Of a stretch of DNA of 52,296 nucleotides, positions 9,506-19,701 are shown piece after piece; the first letter of the stretch is position 1, and each line of letters starts with the position of its first letter. This stretch comes from an uncultured bacterium. GTDB lineage: Bacteria > Planctomycetota > UBA1135 > GCA-002686595. The DNA lies in contig CALHGQ010000188.1 in the NCBI GenBank assembly GCA_938030175.1, forward strand, positions 1 through 52,296. Reading direction: 5' to 3'. The translations under genes and the position numbers were made by a program. The notes under the pieces were generated by a model. The model made no database searches, was not told the DNA's origin, and saw nothing but the letters and a program-made list of their open reading frames with translations.

Positions 9506-10561
9506 CTACGAAGGCTGCTTCGCCGCCTCGATCCGCTTGAGCGCCAAGCGCTTGGCAGCGATGTTCGTGGCGATCTCTTGCTCGTCTGCCAGCTTGAAGA
9601 CCTCGGTGAGGTTGTCGTCGATGCGGTTGATCTTCTCCATCGCGATCTCTTCGTCGTAGCCACCGGGGTGACGCTCGACGCTGACGTTGATGATGCCCGC
9701 CGCGTTCACGACGTAGTCCGGCGCGTAGAGGATGTTCTTCGAGCGGAGCACGTCGCCGTGGCGCGGCTCCAGAAGGATGTTGTTCGCGCAGCCCGCGATG
9801 ATGTCGCAGGTGAGCTGGGGGATCGTCTCGTCGTTCACACCCGCGCCACGGGCGCAGGGAGCGTAGATGTCGCAGTCGACGCTCAGGTGCTTCGACTCGT
9901 CCACGGACTCATAGCCATGCTCCTTGCAAAGCTCGGCCACGCGATCTTCCTTGATGTCGCAGATCGTGATGCGGGCGCCGCGCTCTTTCAGCAGACGGGC
10001 CATCTCGCTCCCCACCGCGCCGACACCCTGGAGCAGGATGTGCTTGCCGCTGAGGTCTTTCGAGCCATAGCGGTACGCCGCAGCGGTCTCGATTCCCACC
10101 ACGCAGCCGTACGCCGTATAGGGGCTAGGGTTGCCGGAGCCACCGTGCTCGCGGCCAAGGCCGGCGACGTGGTCCGTCGACTTGCGAACGTGCAGCAGGT
10201 CCACGATCTTGATGTTCATGTCCTCGGCGGTGATGTACGACCCGCCGAAGTCCTCGACAAACCGGCCCATCGCTTCGAAGAGCTCCGGGGACTTCACCTT
10301 GTCGGGGTCGCCGAGGATGACGCACTTTCCGCCTCCGAGGCCCGTGTCTGCCACGGCCGACTTGTAGGTCATGCCGCGGGCCAAGCGCGTCACGTCGAAC
10401 AGCGCAGCCTCCTCCGACTTGTAGTTCCAAAGACGCATTCCACCCAGTGCGGGCCCAAGGGTCGTATCGTGGACCGCGATGAGGGCATGCAGGCCTGTCG
10501 CCTTGTCATGGCAGCGCGCGACGCGCTCGTAACCCTCTACGGGGATGTCTGTGATGTTCAT
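9506..10561 (-). CDS. ldh: Glu/Leu/Phe/Val dehydrogenase (leucine dehydrogenase type)
   Basis: Motifs IAVHDTTLGPALGGMR, GMTYK, GGGK, YITAEDM, GxGxVG (QGVGAVG), APDYVVNAAG. Confidence 0.93.
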   Translation of the reverse strand: MNITDIPVEGYERVARCHDKATGLHALIAVHDTTLGPALGGMRLWNYKSEEAALFDVTRLARGMTYKSAVADTGLGGGKCVILGDPDKVKSPELFEAMGRFVEDFGGSYITAEDMNIKIVDLLHVRKSTDHVAGLGREHGGSGNPSPYTAYGCVVGIETAAAYRYGSKDLSGKHILLQGVGAVGSEMARLLKERGARITICDIKEDRVAELCKEHGYESVDESKHLSVDCDIYAPCARGAGVNDETIPQLTCDIIAGCANNILLEPRHGDVLRSKNILYAPDYVVNAAGIINVSVERHPGGYDEEIAMEKINRIDDNLTEVFKLADEQEIATNIAAKRLALKRIEAAKQPS

Positions 10562-10768
10562 GCTGGCGGCGGTCAAAACTCGGAGCTGTTGTCCGGAAGT
10601 AGCAGACGCCCGTAATCTGGGGCGAGATTCTGAAGTCAGTCTGCGGGGCGCCTATGTTACCCGATCTGCCTTCCGAGGGATACCCACTACTTGCTACCAG
10701 CGTCCACTCATTATGGCGCCAATTACACCCTAAAGGGCCCCCAAAAGACACCTCCCCCACGGCCCAGC

Positions 10769-13700
10769 ATGCAAAGGCGTAACGAAGAGCCCAATCCGAA
10801 GGGTACGAGCCCCGGTCGCGTTGCGCCCGGCGACGAGAGCCCGTGGCCTTCGTCCGCTGGAAAGTGGCGGGCCGATCCATTGGCCCAGGGCATCGCCTGC
10901 GTCGTGATCTGGGCGAGTGGCGCCGATACAAGGCGGGACGGCGTGGTCCGAATAGCGGCCGTCCGGCGGGGCGTGGACGGCGCCTGGGAGAGCCTCGAGG
11001 AAACGTGCCGGCCATTTCGCGACGGAGAAGCCGCCGGAACCAAGCGCCTGCGCCAAGAGTTCGGCGTGGACGCCCGTGATCTTGAAGGCCAGCCGACCGC
11101 GGTGGAGGTGTGGCCGCGCGTTCGCGACTTCATTGGGAGTCGGCCCCTCGTGGCCCACGACGGAGCACTCGTCGCCTCTTGGTCCACGGCGTTGGACGAG
11201 GCGGCCGGACTCCAGACCGCCCCCCTCGATCCCATCGGCCTCGACGAGATGGCCCTGCTCCTGGAGCCCGGCGCGGTGGCTGCGCTCGGCCCGCCCCAGC
11301 TCGTCAAGGCCCTCGTCGATCCGGTGATCGCGCCAACTCCCCGCGGCGCGCTGCAGCCGCCCCACGTGCTGGCGGCGCTCGCAGAGCTCGTGGCCCGCTA
11401 CGGCGACCTCGGCCCAGCAGCCCACGCCATGTGCGCGTTCGGTTGGCTCCGCGCCCACTCGCTCTTCCAAGGCACGGACGCCCGCGCCGCGCACCGGCTC
11501 AGTTTGTCTCTCTCCATCGTCGATCAACCGATGAGCTGGGGCGGTGACGTGGATCTGTTCGCCGCGGGCAGGCTCCGTGACGGGCTCATCTCGAAGGCCG
11601 AGGCGGACATGGTCGAGGAGGACGACCCGCTCGGCCTGGTGGATCCCGCCGCGATGCAGAGCTTCATCGAGTTCGAGGACGAGACGCCCCTCAAGCCCGA
11701 CGTCGAAGAGGAATCGCCGTTCCTAGAGGAGGACCTCGCGCTGCTCGACGACATCTTCAAGGTCCACCTGCCGGCGCTCTTCGGCCAGGGGCAGTCCCAA
11801 GCCTCCCAGAAAGACCTGTACCGCAAGAGCCAGCACCGCGTTGCCGAGGAGACCGCGCGCTGCCTTGGTTCAGACGAGCTGCTCTTGGTGCATGCTCCCA
11901 CAGGGACCGGCAAGACCCTCGCGTATCTCTTGCCCGCGCTGATGTGGTCGCGGCGCTACGGGGTTCGCGTGGGCATCGCGACCTACACACGCGCTCTCCA
12001 AAGCCAGGCGATGGAGCGCGAGGTGCCCCGCGCCCTCGAAGCGCTGAACCGCGCGGGACTTTCCCCCGGCTACCGCGTGTCGATCCTCAAGGGGCGAGAA
12101 CACTCCCTGTGCTGGCGCGCACTCCGGACCCACGCGCCCGCGGAGGGCGACGATCCAGAGGTTTGGCTCGGCTGGGTTGCGATCGCTCTCTTCGGACTGC
12201 GGGACCGCGACGGGGACCTCGATCGTTTCCCGCGCCGATCACCTGTGCGGCTTTCCTCCGCGGTGCATTATCGATCGCAAATGGGCTCGCTCCTGGCCCA
12301 GGTTCGGGGACGCAGCGGCTGCTGTAGCACCCATGCGGATCGATCCGTGTGCGCCGCCGAAATCGCGCGCCGCCGCGCCGAGCGCAGCCACGTCGTCCTC
12401 ACCAACCAATCCTTCGCCCTCGCTCGGCCGGAGTTCTTCCGTCGCGTGGTCTTCGACGAGTGCGAGCACTTGCACGACCAGGCCATGAGCGCCTGGAGCC
12501 ACCGCATCACGTTCGGCGAGATGCGGCGCGTCATGCGACGACTCCACGAAGCAGAGGCCAAGCGCGACGGACGAATCCGACGCGCAAAGCCGCCGCTCGA
12601 TCGCCTCGCGAAGATCGTCATGCCGGGCAGCGGTGCGGGCGACCGCCTCAAGATGGCGAGGCAGCTCTGGACGAACGTGTCCTCGGGTCTTGCGCACCTT
12701 GAGTCAGCGCTCCTCGAGTACGAACGCTGGCGGGCCGACGCCCAGCAGGGCCGCTCCGACTCGATGGAACACAGTCTCTTCCGGGAGTACGTGGACTCGA
12801 GCGGACAGGCCGAGCAGCTCGTCACGGCACGTCTCAACGTCGTGAGTTTCCTGGGCCGCCTCGACGGCTCCCTCGCACAGCTTTCCGAGGAGCTTGAGGC
12901 CATGAACCTCAAGCGCGTCGAGCGGGTCCGGCGATCCCTTGAGCTAGCTCGCGTGGAGATTTCGGACATGGGCAAGGCCGTTGACGCATGGCTCCCCATC
13001 GATGAAGGGGCGCCGCGCCTGAAGGGCATGATCTTCCACGACGTGGAGCGCAACATCAGAGAAGATCTCGTGCTCGCTGCCCTTGTGCTGCTGCCGGGGG
13101 ACGCCCTCGGGAAGTACTACTACCCCGAGCTCGGCGCCGCCGCCTTCGTATCGGCGACGACGCGACTCGGGGGCAGCTTCGATCAAGCGAAGAGTTACCT
13201 TGGCCTTGACCGAGTCGCGCAGATGGACGAGGAAACGGGCGAGATGGACCGCTCGGCCGGGACCCGGCGCGTCACCACCTTCCACGCGCCCGAGGTGTTC
13301 GACTACGAACGCGTTCTCGTGGGCGTGCCCCGGGGCATCCCGCCCGTGCAGAACCGCGAGGCTTACATAGACTTCCTCAGCCGCTACCTGCCGTGGTTCG
13401 CGGAGCGCACGCGCGGCCGAATGCTCGTGCTCTTTACCAGCCTGCGGGACATCCGCGAGGTCGCCCAGCGCGCGGGCCCGTCCTTCGAAGCGCGGGGGCT
13501 TCCGCTCCTGTGGCAAGGCATGGAGGCGGCGGGCAAGGAAGAGCTCTCCGAGCAGTTCCGCCAGCGCGTCGAGTCCACGCTGATGGGCGTCGACACGTTC
13601 TGGTACGGCGCCGACTTTCCGGGCGAGACCCTCGAGACGCTCTGCATCGCGCGGCTCCCCTACGGCGTGCCCGACCGCTACCACCACGCCCAATGCGCAG

Positions 13701-14143
13701 CGATCGGCACCGGCGCCCAGCGCAACCGCATCTATATGCCCCGCGCCCTCGCGAAGTTCCGCCAGGGTTTCGGGCGCCTCATGCGCAAGGCCACGGACCG
13801 CGGCGTCGTCATGGTCCTCGACGGTAGAATCACCGAGCGCCGGCACTCCCACTTCCTGAAAGAGCTCCCCATCGAGCGACCTGGCTCGTGGGACCCCGCC
13901 GCCAAGGCCAAGATGGCCCGCGGCGACCTGGACCTCGTCAGCCGAGAGGCCTTCGCCCACCTCGGTCTGCTCGCAGACATGAAGCGCCGCGGCCTGAGCC
14001 CTTACTTCTCCGGCGACGGCCCTCCGCCCCAGCAAGAACGCCCAAGCCCCCCCACCAAGGCCGGCCGAGACCTCCCGCTCGGCGCGATGTTCGACTCGGA
14101 CAGCGGCCCGATCGAGATCAACGAGTCCGACCTGCCGTTCTGA
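10769..14143 (+). CDS. dinG: DinG-family ATP-dependent helicase with degenerate N-terminal DEDDh exonuclease-like domain
   Basis: Q motif (YRKSQ), Walker A APTGTGKT, ILKGR..LC and Cys cluster, motif II variant VFDECEH, SAT motif, LVLFTS, FWYGADFPG, motif VI QGFGRLMR, VLDGRI. The start could be further upstream (ORF open from 10691). Confidence 0.88.
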   Translation: MQRRNEEPNPKGTSPGRVAPGDESPWPSSAGKWRADPLAQGIACVVIWASGADTRRDGVVRIAAVRRGVDGAWESLEETCRPFRDGEAAGTKRLRQEFGVDARDLEGQPTAVEVWPRVRDFIGSRPLVAHDGALVASWSTALDEAAGLQTAPLDPIGLDEMALLLEPGAVAALGPPQLVKALVDPVIAPTPRGALQPPHVLAALAELVARYGDLGPAAHAMCAFGWLRAHSLFQGTDARAAHRLSLSLSIVDQPMSWGGDVDLFAAGRLRDGLISKAEADMVEEDDPLGLVDPAAMQSFIEFEDETPLKPDVEEESPFLEEDLALLDDIFKVHLPALFGQGQSQASQKDLYRKSQHRVAEETARCLGSDELLLVHAPTGTGKTLAYLLPALMWSRRYGVRVGIATYTRALQSQAMEREVPRALEALNRAGLSPGYRVSILKGREHSLCWRALRTHAPAEGDDPEVWLGWVAIALFGLRDRDGDLDRFPRRSPVRLSSAVHYRSQMGSLLAQVRGRSGCCSTHADRSVCAAEIARRRAERSHVVLTNQSFALARPEFFRRVVFDECEHLHDQAMSAWSHRITFGEMRRVMRRLHEAEAKRDGRIRRAKPPLDRLAKIVMPGSGAGDRLKMARQLWTNVSSGLAHLESALLEYERWRADAQQGRSDSMEHSLFREYVDSSGQAEQLVTARLNVVSFLGRLDGSLAQLSEELEAMNLKRVERVRRSLELARVEISDMGKAVDAWLPIDEGAPRLKGMIFHDVERNIREDLVLAALVLLPGDALGKYYYPELGAAAFVSATTRLGGSFDQAKSYLGLDRVAQMDEETGEMDRSAGTRRVTTFHAPEVFDYERVLVGVPRGIPPVQNREAYIDFLSRYLPWFAERTRGRMLVLFTSLRDIREVAQRAGPSFEARGLPLLWQGMEAAGKEELSEQFRQRVESTLMGVDTFWYGADFPGETLETLCIARLPYGVPDRYHHAQCAAIGTGAQRNRIYMPRALAKFRQGFGRLMRKATDRGVVMVLDGRITERRHSHFLKELPIERPGSWDPAAKAKMARGDLDLVSREAFAHLGLLADMKRRGLSPYFSGDGPPPQQERPSPPTKAGRDLPLGAMFDSDSGPIEINESDLPF

Positions 14144-14458
14144 TTCGAAAGAAGCCGGGGCGTCGCGCGACGGAGAGTGGCTCGACGGACGCTGGTGCTC
14201 GCAGGGACGGCTCACCACAGCCGACCTACGCGTCGTTCCCGCACGGTCGATTTTCGCGTCACTCTTCCCGTCGCGGCGCCCGCGGGGATGCGAGCGAGTG
14301 CCCTCCCGGAGTCTCTCCGTCCAGTTTCGGGGCGGGGTGCCATCGACTGCACCCTCTTGAGTCGGATCGATCGCCCCAAATCTGGCCTCCGTCCCCCAAT
14401 CGCTGAACGGGTGCTACCGTGGGTGATCGCTTCCCTAAGCCTCCGCGGCCCATCTCAC

Positions 14459-15742
14459 ATGATGATCCTTCGTATTCCCCTGTGCCTTCTCGCACTCGGG
14501 CCCCTCGCTTTTGGCGCCGGCCTTCCCACTTCAGGTCCAGTCGGTGACGCGGGCAGCCCGTTCCAGGACAAGCTGCTCGTCATCGACCTTGACGACATCG
14601 GCTTCGACATGCTCGCGGAGGCGAGGACTCCGAACCTCGACTTCCTGAGGGACAACGGCCGCTTCTACACGTCGTTCATGACGGCGACGATCTGCTCTCC
14701 GACGAGGGCCATGTTCAACACCGGAGCCTACCCCTCGCACCCGGACCTTCTCCTGGGCTCGCTTGTCCCCGCCGGCAGCTTCTTCCAGATGCCGACGAGC
14801 CCCCTCGTTCCGCTCGCCACCCTTGTCGCAAACCACGGCTACTCCACGGCCAAGGTAGGCAAGTGGCATCTGTCCGGGGTCTTCTTCAGGGACCACCCGC
14901 AGAACTGCGGCTGGCAGACCTACGAGGGCTCCATGAGCAACGTCGGGGACTACTTGGACTATTCCAAGAACGTGAACGGAACCTCGTCCGACAAGGTCGG
15001 GATCTACCTGACCACGGACGAGACCGATGACGCGATCAACCGCGTCGTCGCGGGCGTGAACCTCATCTCGCTGAGCTATCACTCCGCCCACCAGCCCATT
15101 CATGTGCCCCCCGCTTCGCTCTTCCAGCCTCGCCCCCTGAATCACAGGCGGGACCTGGTCGCGGCGATGGTGGAAGCCTGTGACACCGAGCTGGGTCGCC
15201 TTCTGAGCGTGGCCCTACCCCTCGGCTACACGGTGATTGTGTTCGTGGACAACGGCACCGACCACGTCGTTGGCGGCGAGAAGGGCAGGATCACCGAAGG
15301 AGGCATCATCAACCCGATGTGGGCGTACGGGCCAGGGGTCGAACCCGGCGTCGACGACTCGAGGGTCGCCGTCTATGACCTCTACCCCACCATCGCCAAT
15401 CTGTTCGGCATCGAGGCGGGCAAGGGCAGCGGCTTCCCCCTGCGCGGTCCCGACAGCGAGTCCTTCATCCAATCCCTGCGCGGCACGCCGGTCCACCGCC
15501 GCTTCACCTACGTGGACCGCTTCGCCCTGTTCACCAACCCGCGCTCGAACCCGATCAACTGGAGAAGAGTCGTCCGCGGGGACGGATTCAAGTACAGCGA
15601 CGCCCTGGGTCCAGCCGTTCCTCCGGTCCTCTGGGACTACGAGGCGAACCCTACAGAAGACGACAACCTCTTTGATCGACCGCTCAGCGCGGACGCCCGG
15701 GCGTTCACCGCCCTGGTCCGGGGCGTCTTGGACGAGCTCTAG
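14459..15742 (+). CDS. Secreted sulfatase (Cys-type, formylglycine-dependent)
   Basis: Signal peptide MMILRIPLCLLALG; LDDIG metal site; CSPTRA signature; GKWHL; DNG motif. Confidence 0.88.
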   Translation: MMILRIPLCLLALGPLAFGAGLPTSGPVGDAGSPFQDKLLVIDLDDIGFDMLAEARTPNLDFLRDNGRFYTSFMTATICSPTRAMFNTGAYPSHPDLLLGSLVPAGSFFQMPTSPLVPLATLVANHGYSTAKVGKWHLSGVFFRDHPQNCGWQTYEGSMSNVGDYLDYSKNVNGTSSDKVGIYLTTDETDDAINRVVAGVNLISLSYHSAHQPIHVPPASLFQPRPLNHRRDLVAAMVEACDTELGRLLSVALPLGYTVIVFVDNGTDHVVGGEKGRITEGGIINPMWAYGPGVEPGVDDSRVAVYDLYPTIANLFGIEAGKGSGFPLRGPDSESFIQSLRGTPVHRRFTYVDRFALFTNPRSNPINWRRVVRGDGFKYSDALGPAVPPVLWDYEANPTEDDNLFDRPLSADARAFTALVRGVLDEL

Positions 15743-16017
15743 CCGCCCGTTGGGTTGGGCCGGGGCCAGGCCCGTGTTGGGTGCCGACCGTTAGCCCCTG
15801 CCCATGACGTCCGCGGCCTAGCCGACGGGCGGGAATGACGGTGGAACGGTGCTATGGAGTCGGCTGCCGTTCTGAGACGGACCATGGACCGCCACCGAGG
15901 GCTCTTCGGCGGCGTTCTGCTGATCGAACCGTTAGTTGTGCTAGCCCACTCGCGGACACACCTTGGGTTAGAATGTGGGCTCGGCGCCCCACGTCTCCCC
16001 GACCTCATCCACAGTCC

Positions 16018-16740
16018 ATGAACTCCAAGCTCCTCACCGCTTTCGTCCTCGCCAGCCTTACTGCCTGTGGCAGCAGCCCCCCCGCCAAGGTGGACAACGC
16101 GCTTCTCGTCAACGCGAGCAGCGAGTCCAAAGCCGCTGTCGCCTCGGCCCGCTCTATGCGCGATGTGGCGATGGATGAGCTCGCGATCGCGACCGCAGAG
16201 GCCGACCACGCCGCCGATGACGTCGAGATGGCCAAGCTGGCGCTGAAGACAGCCGAGGCCGAGAGCCAGCAGTCGAAGAAGGGCGTCGAGATCGCCGAGT
16301 CGACCGGCTCACCGGAGCAGCTCCAGAAGGCCGCAACGCTCCACGACCAAAAGCTCGCGCTCCAAGAGGTGGCGAAAGCCATCCTCGCCGTGGAGAAAGA
16401 GGAGCTGGACCTGGCAAAGAACGAGCGCAAAGCCGCCGAGGCCACCCATGAGCTGCGCCTTTCGCAGGTCGAAGAGGCCAAGGCCATTGCCATTCAGAAC
16501 GTGGACCTCGTGGAGGTGCGCAAGATCTCCCTCGACGACATTCGCAAGCGCGTCGCGTCCGATCAGCGCGCCGTCGATGTCGCCAAAGAGCGCGTCGCTG
16601 ACTCGACGAAGCGCCTGAAGATCGCCAACGAGAAGTACAACAAGGCCAGCGTCTACGCACGCTCGGTCGGTGCGGACTCGCCCATGATTGCGCCGGCAGA
16701 TGCATCTGCGCCGAAGCCCGCGCCCAGCGTCAAGGGCTAG
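16018..16740 (+). CDS. Coiled-coil lipoprotein of unknown function
   Basis: Lipobox LTA-C (MNSKLLTAFVLASLTACGSS) followed by an Ala/Glu/Lys-rich heptad region. Confidence 0.8.
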   Translation: MNSKLLTAFVLASLTACGSSPPAKVDNALLVNASSESKAAVASARSMRDVAMDELAIATAEADHAADDVEMAKLALKTAEAESQQSKKGVEIAESTGSPEQLQKAATLHDQKLALQEVAKAILAVEKEELDLAKNERKAAEATHELRLSQVEEAKAIAIQNVDLVEVRKISLDDIRKRVASDQRAVDVAKERVADSTKRLKIANEKYNKASVYARSVGADSPMIAPADASAPKPAPSVKG

Positions 16741-18893
16741 TCTTTCTGCTCGGGCACTTCCAACCGGAAGTGCCCGACCGGCATGACCTTCGCCGTCGAC
16801 GCCTCCGTCACGGTGGAGGTGATCTTGCCGATCATCGGGTTCGCTAGCTCAAGCTCCGCCTGGTAGGGAATGAACATCCCGCCGATCTCCCGGAAGTCGC
16901 CGAACTCGATGACCTGACCGAGCTTGCCGAGACCCGGGATCTCGGTCATCCCGTCCAGGCGACCCACGATCCATCGATCCTCGTCGATGTAGAGCGTCGT
17001 CGCGGGTCCGGACGTATCGCCGAGGCGAACGAGAAGCACGTTGAGCTTCGTCCCGTCGCCGTTCGTTTGTTCGATGCGTTGGATCACCGTCGCCGTCTCG
17101 CCGCGCTTCCTCCAGTCGCCAAATCGGTCCGCGAGCCCCACGCTAGAGAGCGCAGCCGCAGCGTCGGCGCTCAGGACCTCCACCGGCTTGTCACCCACCT
17201 GCATCCGGACGGAATCTCCATCGAACGCCGTGGCCGAAGTCTGATCGCCTATCACCTCGTCGATGCGCCAGCTGTTGGGCGCGGCGTACCAAGCGGTGCG
17301 TGTTCCGCTCAGCCCCTGCTTCTCGAGGCTCACTTCGCTCTGGAGGGTGAGGCAGCCAACGGAAGCGAGCGAATCGATCTTGTGGGTCGCGGCGATATGA
17401 CCCGCCACTTCGTCCGCGCTCGGGAGGTCAGGCTCGGGGTCGAATCGGTACTCGTAGTGATCACCGATGTGATAGCCGGTGACCTCGCCGGAGTCTGAGC
17501 GGTCAAACTCCAGCACGGTGCCGGGGCTAATTTTGAGCTTCCAGCGATCGCCGCCCGCATAGATCAGCGGAACGACGGCCTTGCCGAGGATCTCGAGCGC
17601 GATGCCCTCTGGGTGGTGCACGATCGAGCGGTAGCGGTCGTTCTCCGTGACCTCGCAGTAGTAGCCCACGTGCTGCTCCAAGGGCGGCGCGGCTTCGATG
17701 GGATTGAACGGGGCGCTGAGCAACAGCTCGCCGAGCTTGTCCTCAACCTGCATGCCAGTGGTGGTCCCGCGCGACTGCGTGAAGTAGAGCACCATCGCCT
17801 TCTCCTTTGGGAAGGCCCACGCGTGGGTCCCATCAGAGCCCGTGTGCCCGAAAGCGACGAGCTCGCGCGCTTGCTCCCCCGCCGGGTCGGCCGGGGTTGC
17901 ACTCATCCAGAGCTGGATCAACGAGCCATAAGACGACTCCAGGCCCGGGAAGCCGGTGCCGCCCACCCTCTTGGCGGGCCCTGGCCTCAGCGCGCGTCGC
18001 ACCGACGATGATCGAATCAAGCGCCCATCGCGGCCGCGCCCTTTGCGCATCCACATGTCGAGGTACTTCGCGTAGTCAACGGCGGTGGAGTAGAGGCCCT
18101 GGGAGCCGAGGAAAATGGGGAAGAGGGCCTCGTCCTCCGGGCCCCAGAAGCGCGACCAGTACCCGGGGTTCCCGGAGTAGGCAGAGCACGCTCGGTCCCG
18201 GAGCGGATGGCCCGCCGTCATGATGCAGGTGGTCTCCCCCATGCCGAGGGGATCGAGGATGCGCGCCTGAACGAACTCCTCAGCGGGCGCCCCTGTCACG
18301 ACCTCGATCAACGCCGTGAGCGTATCCGTGCCCTGGTCGCTGTAGTTGAAGTCCGTTCCCGGCTCGAACTCAAGCTCAGCCCCTCCACCGAGGTCAGCCA
18401 CTTCGCGGATGCTCGTCAAACTGCGAGGGTCCACCGCGATGATCTTGGACATCGGTAGCCCACTCGAGTGCTGCAGGAGCTGCTCGATCGTGATGCCCTG
18501 CGTGCTCTCCGCCCCGAATGCCGGGAGGTACGTCGCTACTTTGTCGTCGAGCCTGATCTTCTTCTCTTCAAGGAGCATTCCAATCGCCGTGCCAATGAGC
18601 GGCTTCGTCATGGATCGGACGCAGAAGACGCCGCCCGGCTCCATGGGAACCTCCCGCTCCGCGTCTCGCATCCCAAAGGCCCCGTGCAGCACCGTGCGGC
18701 CGTTCTTGATGACCAGCAGTTCCGCTCCCACGACCTCCCCTGAGTCCACGAACCCCTGCACCAGTTCGCTAAGACCTGCCACCACGTCCGGGGAGAGCCC
18801 CTCCTCGATGGGAGTGGACGCAGGGAACGGCGAAGGACCCTGGAGCGGCGCAAGAAGGCAGGCGGTGGCGAGAAGGAGACCCATGGGAATCAA
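16737..18893 (-). CDS. Serine hydrolase (beta-lactamase class C/AmpC-like family) with an extra C-terminal beta-rich domain
   Basis: SxxK (SMTK), LLQHSSGL, FNYSD and HTG motifs; signal peptide; start overlaps the tetR stop. An alternative ATG lies 9 nt downstream. Confidence 0.88.
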   Translation of the reverse strand: MIPMGLLLATACLLAPLQGPSPFPASTPIEEGLSPDVVAGLSELVQGFVDSGEVVGAELLVIKNGRTVLHGAFGMRDAEREVPMEPGGVFCVRSMTKPLIGTAIGMLLEEKKIRLDDKVATYLPAFGAESTQGITIEQLLQHSSGLPMSKIIAVDPRSLTSIREVADLGGGAELEFEPGTDFNYSDQGTDTLTALIEVVTGAPAEEFVQARILDPLGMGETTCIMTAGHPLRDRACSAYSGNPGYWSRFWGPEDEALFPIFLGSQGLYSTAVDYAKYLDMWMRKGRGRDGRLIRSSSVRRALRPGPAKRVGGTGFPGLESSYGSLIQLWMSATPADPAGEQARELVAFGHTGSDGTHAWAFPKEKAMVLYFTQSRGTTTGMQVEDKLGELLLSAPFNPIEAAPPLEQHVGYYCEVTENDRYRSIVHHPEGIALEILGKAVVPLIYAGGDRWKLKISPGTVLEFDRSDSGEVTGYHIGDHYEYRFDPEPDLPSADEVAGHIAATHKIDSLASVGCLTLQSEVSLEKQGLSGTRTAWYAAPNSWRIDEVIGDQTSATAFDGDSVRMQVGDKPVEVLSADAAAALSSVGLADRFGDWRKRGETATVIQRIEQTNGDGTKLNVLLVRLGDTSGPATTLYIDEDRWIVGRLDGMTEIPGLGKLGQVIEFGDFREIGGMFIPYQAELELANPMIGKITSTVTEASTAKVMPVGHFRLEVPEQKD

Positions 18894-19492
18894 TGGTTGG
18901 AAGGGGTTCGAAGCGCCGCGATGGCGGCGCGTATGGCGGAAGACGAGCGGGTAGATCCGTGGGAAACACGCCCCAGAAGGGCCATGCCCTGGGACAGCGC
19001 GAGGAGGTTGCGCGCGGCGTCTTTGGCGCGGACGTCAGCCCGCACGTCACCGGCCGCTTGGGCATCCTTCAAGCAGACTTCGAAGGCCCGCTCGAGGCGC
19101 CCCAGGGCGTCTCGAATCACGGAGGCCAGCTCGTCGTCGTCGGATGCGGCCTGCCCCATGGCGACACCTAGCAGGCACCCGAGGCTGTCCGAGCCACCGT
19201 GATGCCCTTGGAGCTTCCCAAGGACCCGTTCGAGGTTGGAGATCGCGCGGGTTCCCTCCCGCGACAATCCATCGCACATGCGCTGAATGACGGTGTCCGC
19301 GTACTTGCCAAGGGCGCGAAGATAGAGCTCGCGCTTGCTCCCAAACGTGTCGTAGAGGCTCTTGCGCCCGACGCCAATGGCCTCTTCGAGGTCGCTGATG
19401 CCGGTGCCGTCGTAGCCACTCCGCCAGAACAGGTCGGCGGCCGTCACGACCGCGTCCTCCACGTCAAAGCTCTTCTTGGGGCCTGGTGCCAT
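18890..19492 (-). CDS. TetR/AcrR-family transcriptional regulator (NemR/ComR-like)
   Basis: N-terminal HTH FWRSGYDGTGISDLEEAIGVGRKSLYDTFGSKRELY; GCLL motif of the TetR_C NemR-like group. Confidence 0.92.
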   Translation of the reverse strand: MAPGPKKSFDVEDAVVTAADLFWRSGYDGTGISDLEEAIGVGRKSLYDTFGSKRELYLRALGKYADTVIQRMCDGLSREGTRAISNLERVLGKLQGHHGGSDSLGCLLGVAMGQAASDDDELASVIRDALGRLERAFEVCLKDAQAAGDVRADVRAKDAARNLLALSQGMALLGRVSHGSTRSSSAIRAAIAALRTPSNH

Positions 19493-19499
19493 GCAAGCC

Positions 19500-19528
19500 A
19501 CCCTAGCCAATAGAAACCGATCGGTCAA
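19500..19528 (-). promoter_or_regulatory. sigma70-type promoter (TTGACC-17-TAGGGT) with overlapping palindromic operator ACCGATCGGT
   Basis: -35 at 19528-19523, 17-nt spacer, -10 at 19505-19500, ATG 7 nt further on. The palindrome at 19516-19525 overlaps the -35 and spacer. Confidence 0.75.
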
Positions 19529-19701
19529 GGATAGCGTGCGCCGTCCCGATGCGATCACAACGGGGCGACTCTGCGTTCGAATTGGGACTCCGAGCACGGG
19601 ACGAGGGCACAGGCTTCGGAGGGGTCGTTAGGAACTCCGAAGTAATAGGGAGCGCCGGGGTGGTCACTCCGAACGCAATCGGACTGATTCCCTGCCTCAC
19701 G

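Noticed and set aside
10562-10660. Possible structured 5' leader or riboswitch upstream of leucine dehydrogenase (GCAGAC/GTCTGC and GCCC/GGGC pairings)
   Set aside because: Short stems are expected by chance at this GC content. No known riboswitch, T-box or leader-peptide signature is recognisable; a covariance search would be needed.
10769-14143. DinG as part of a type IV CRISPR or other defence system
   Set aside because: No cas genes, array or defence-like neighbours; the context is housekeeping and metabolic.
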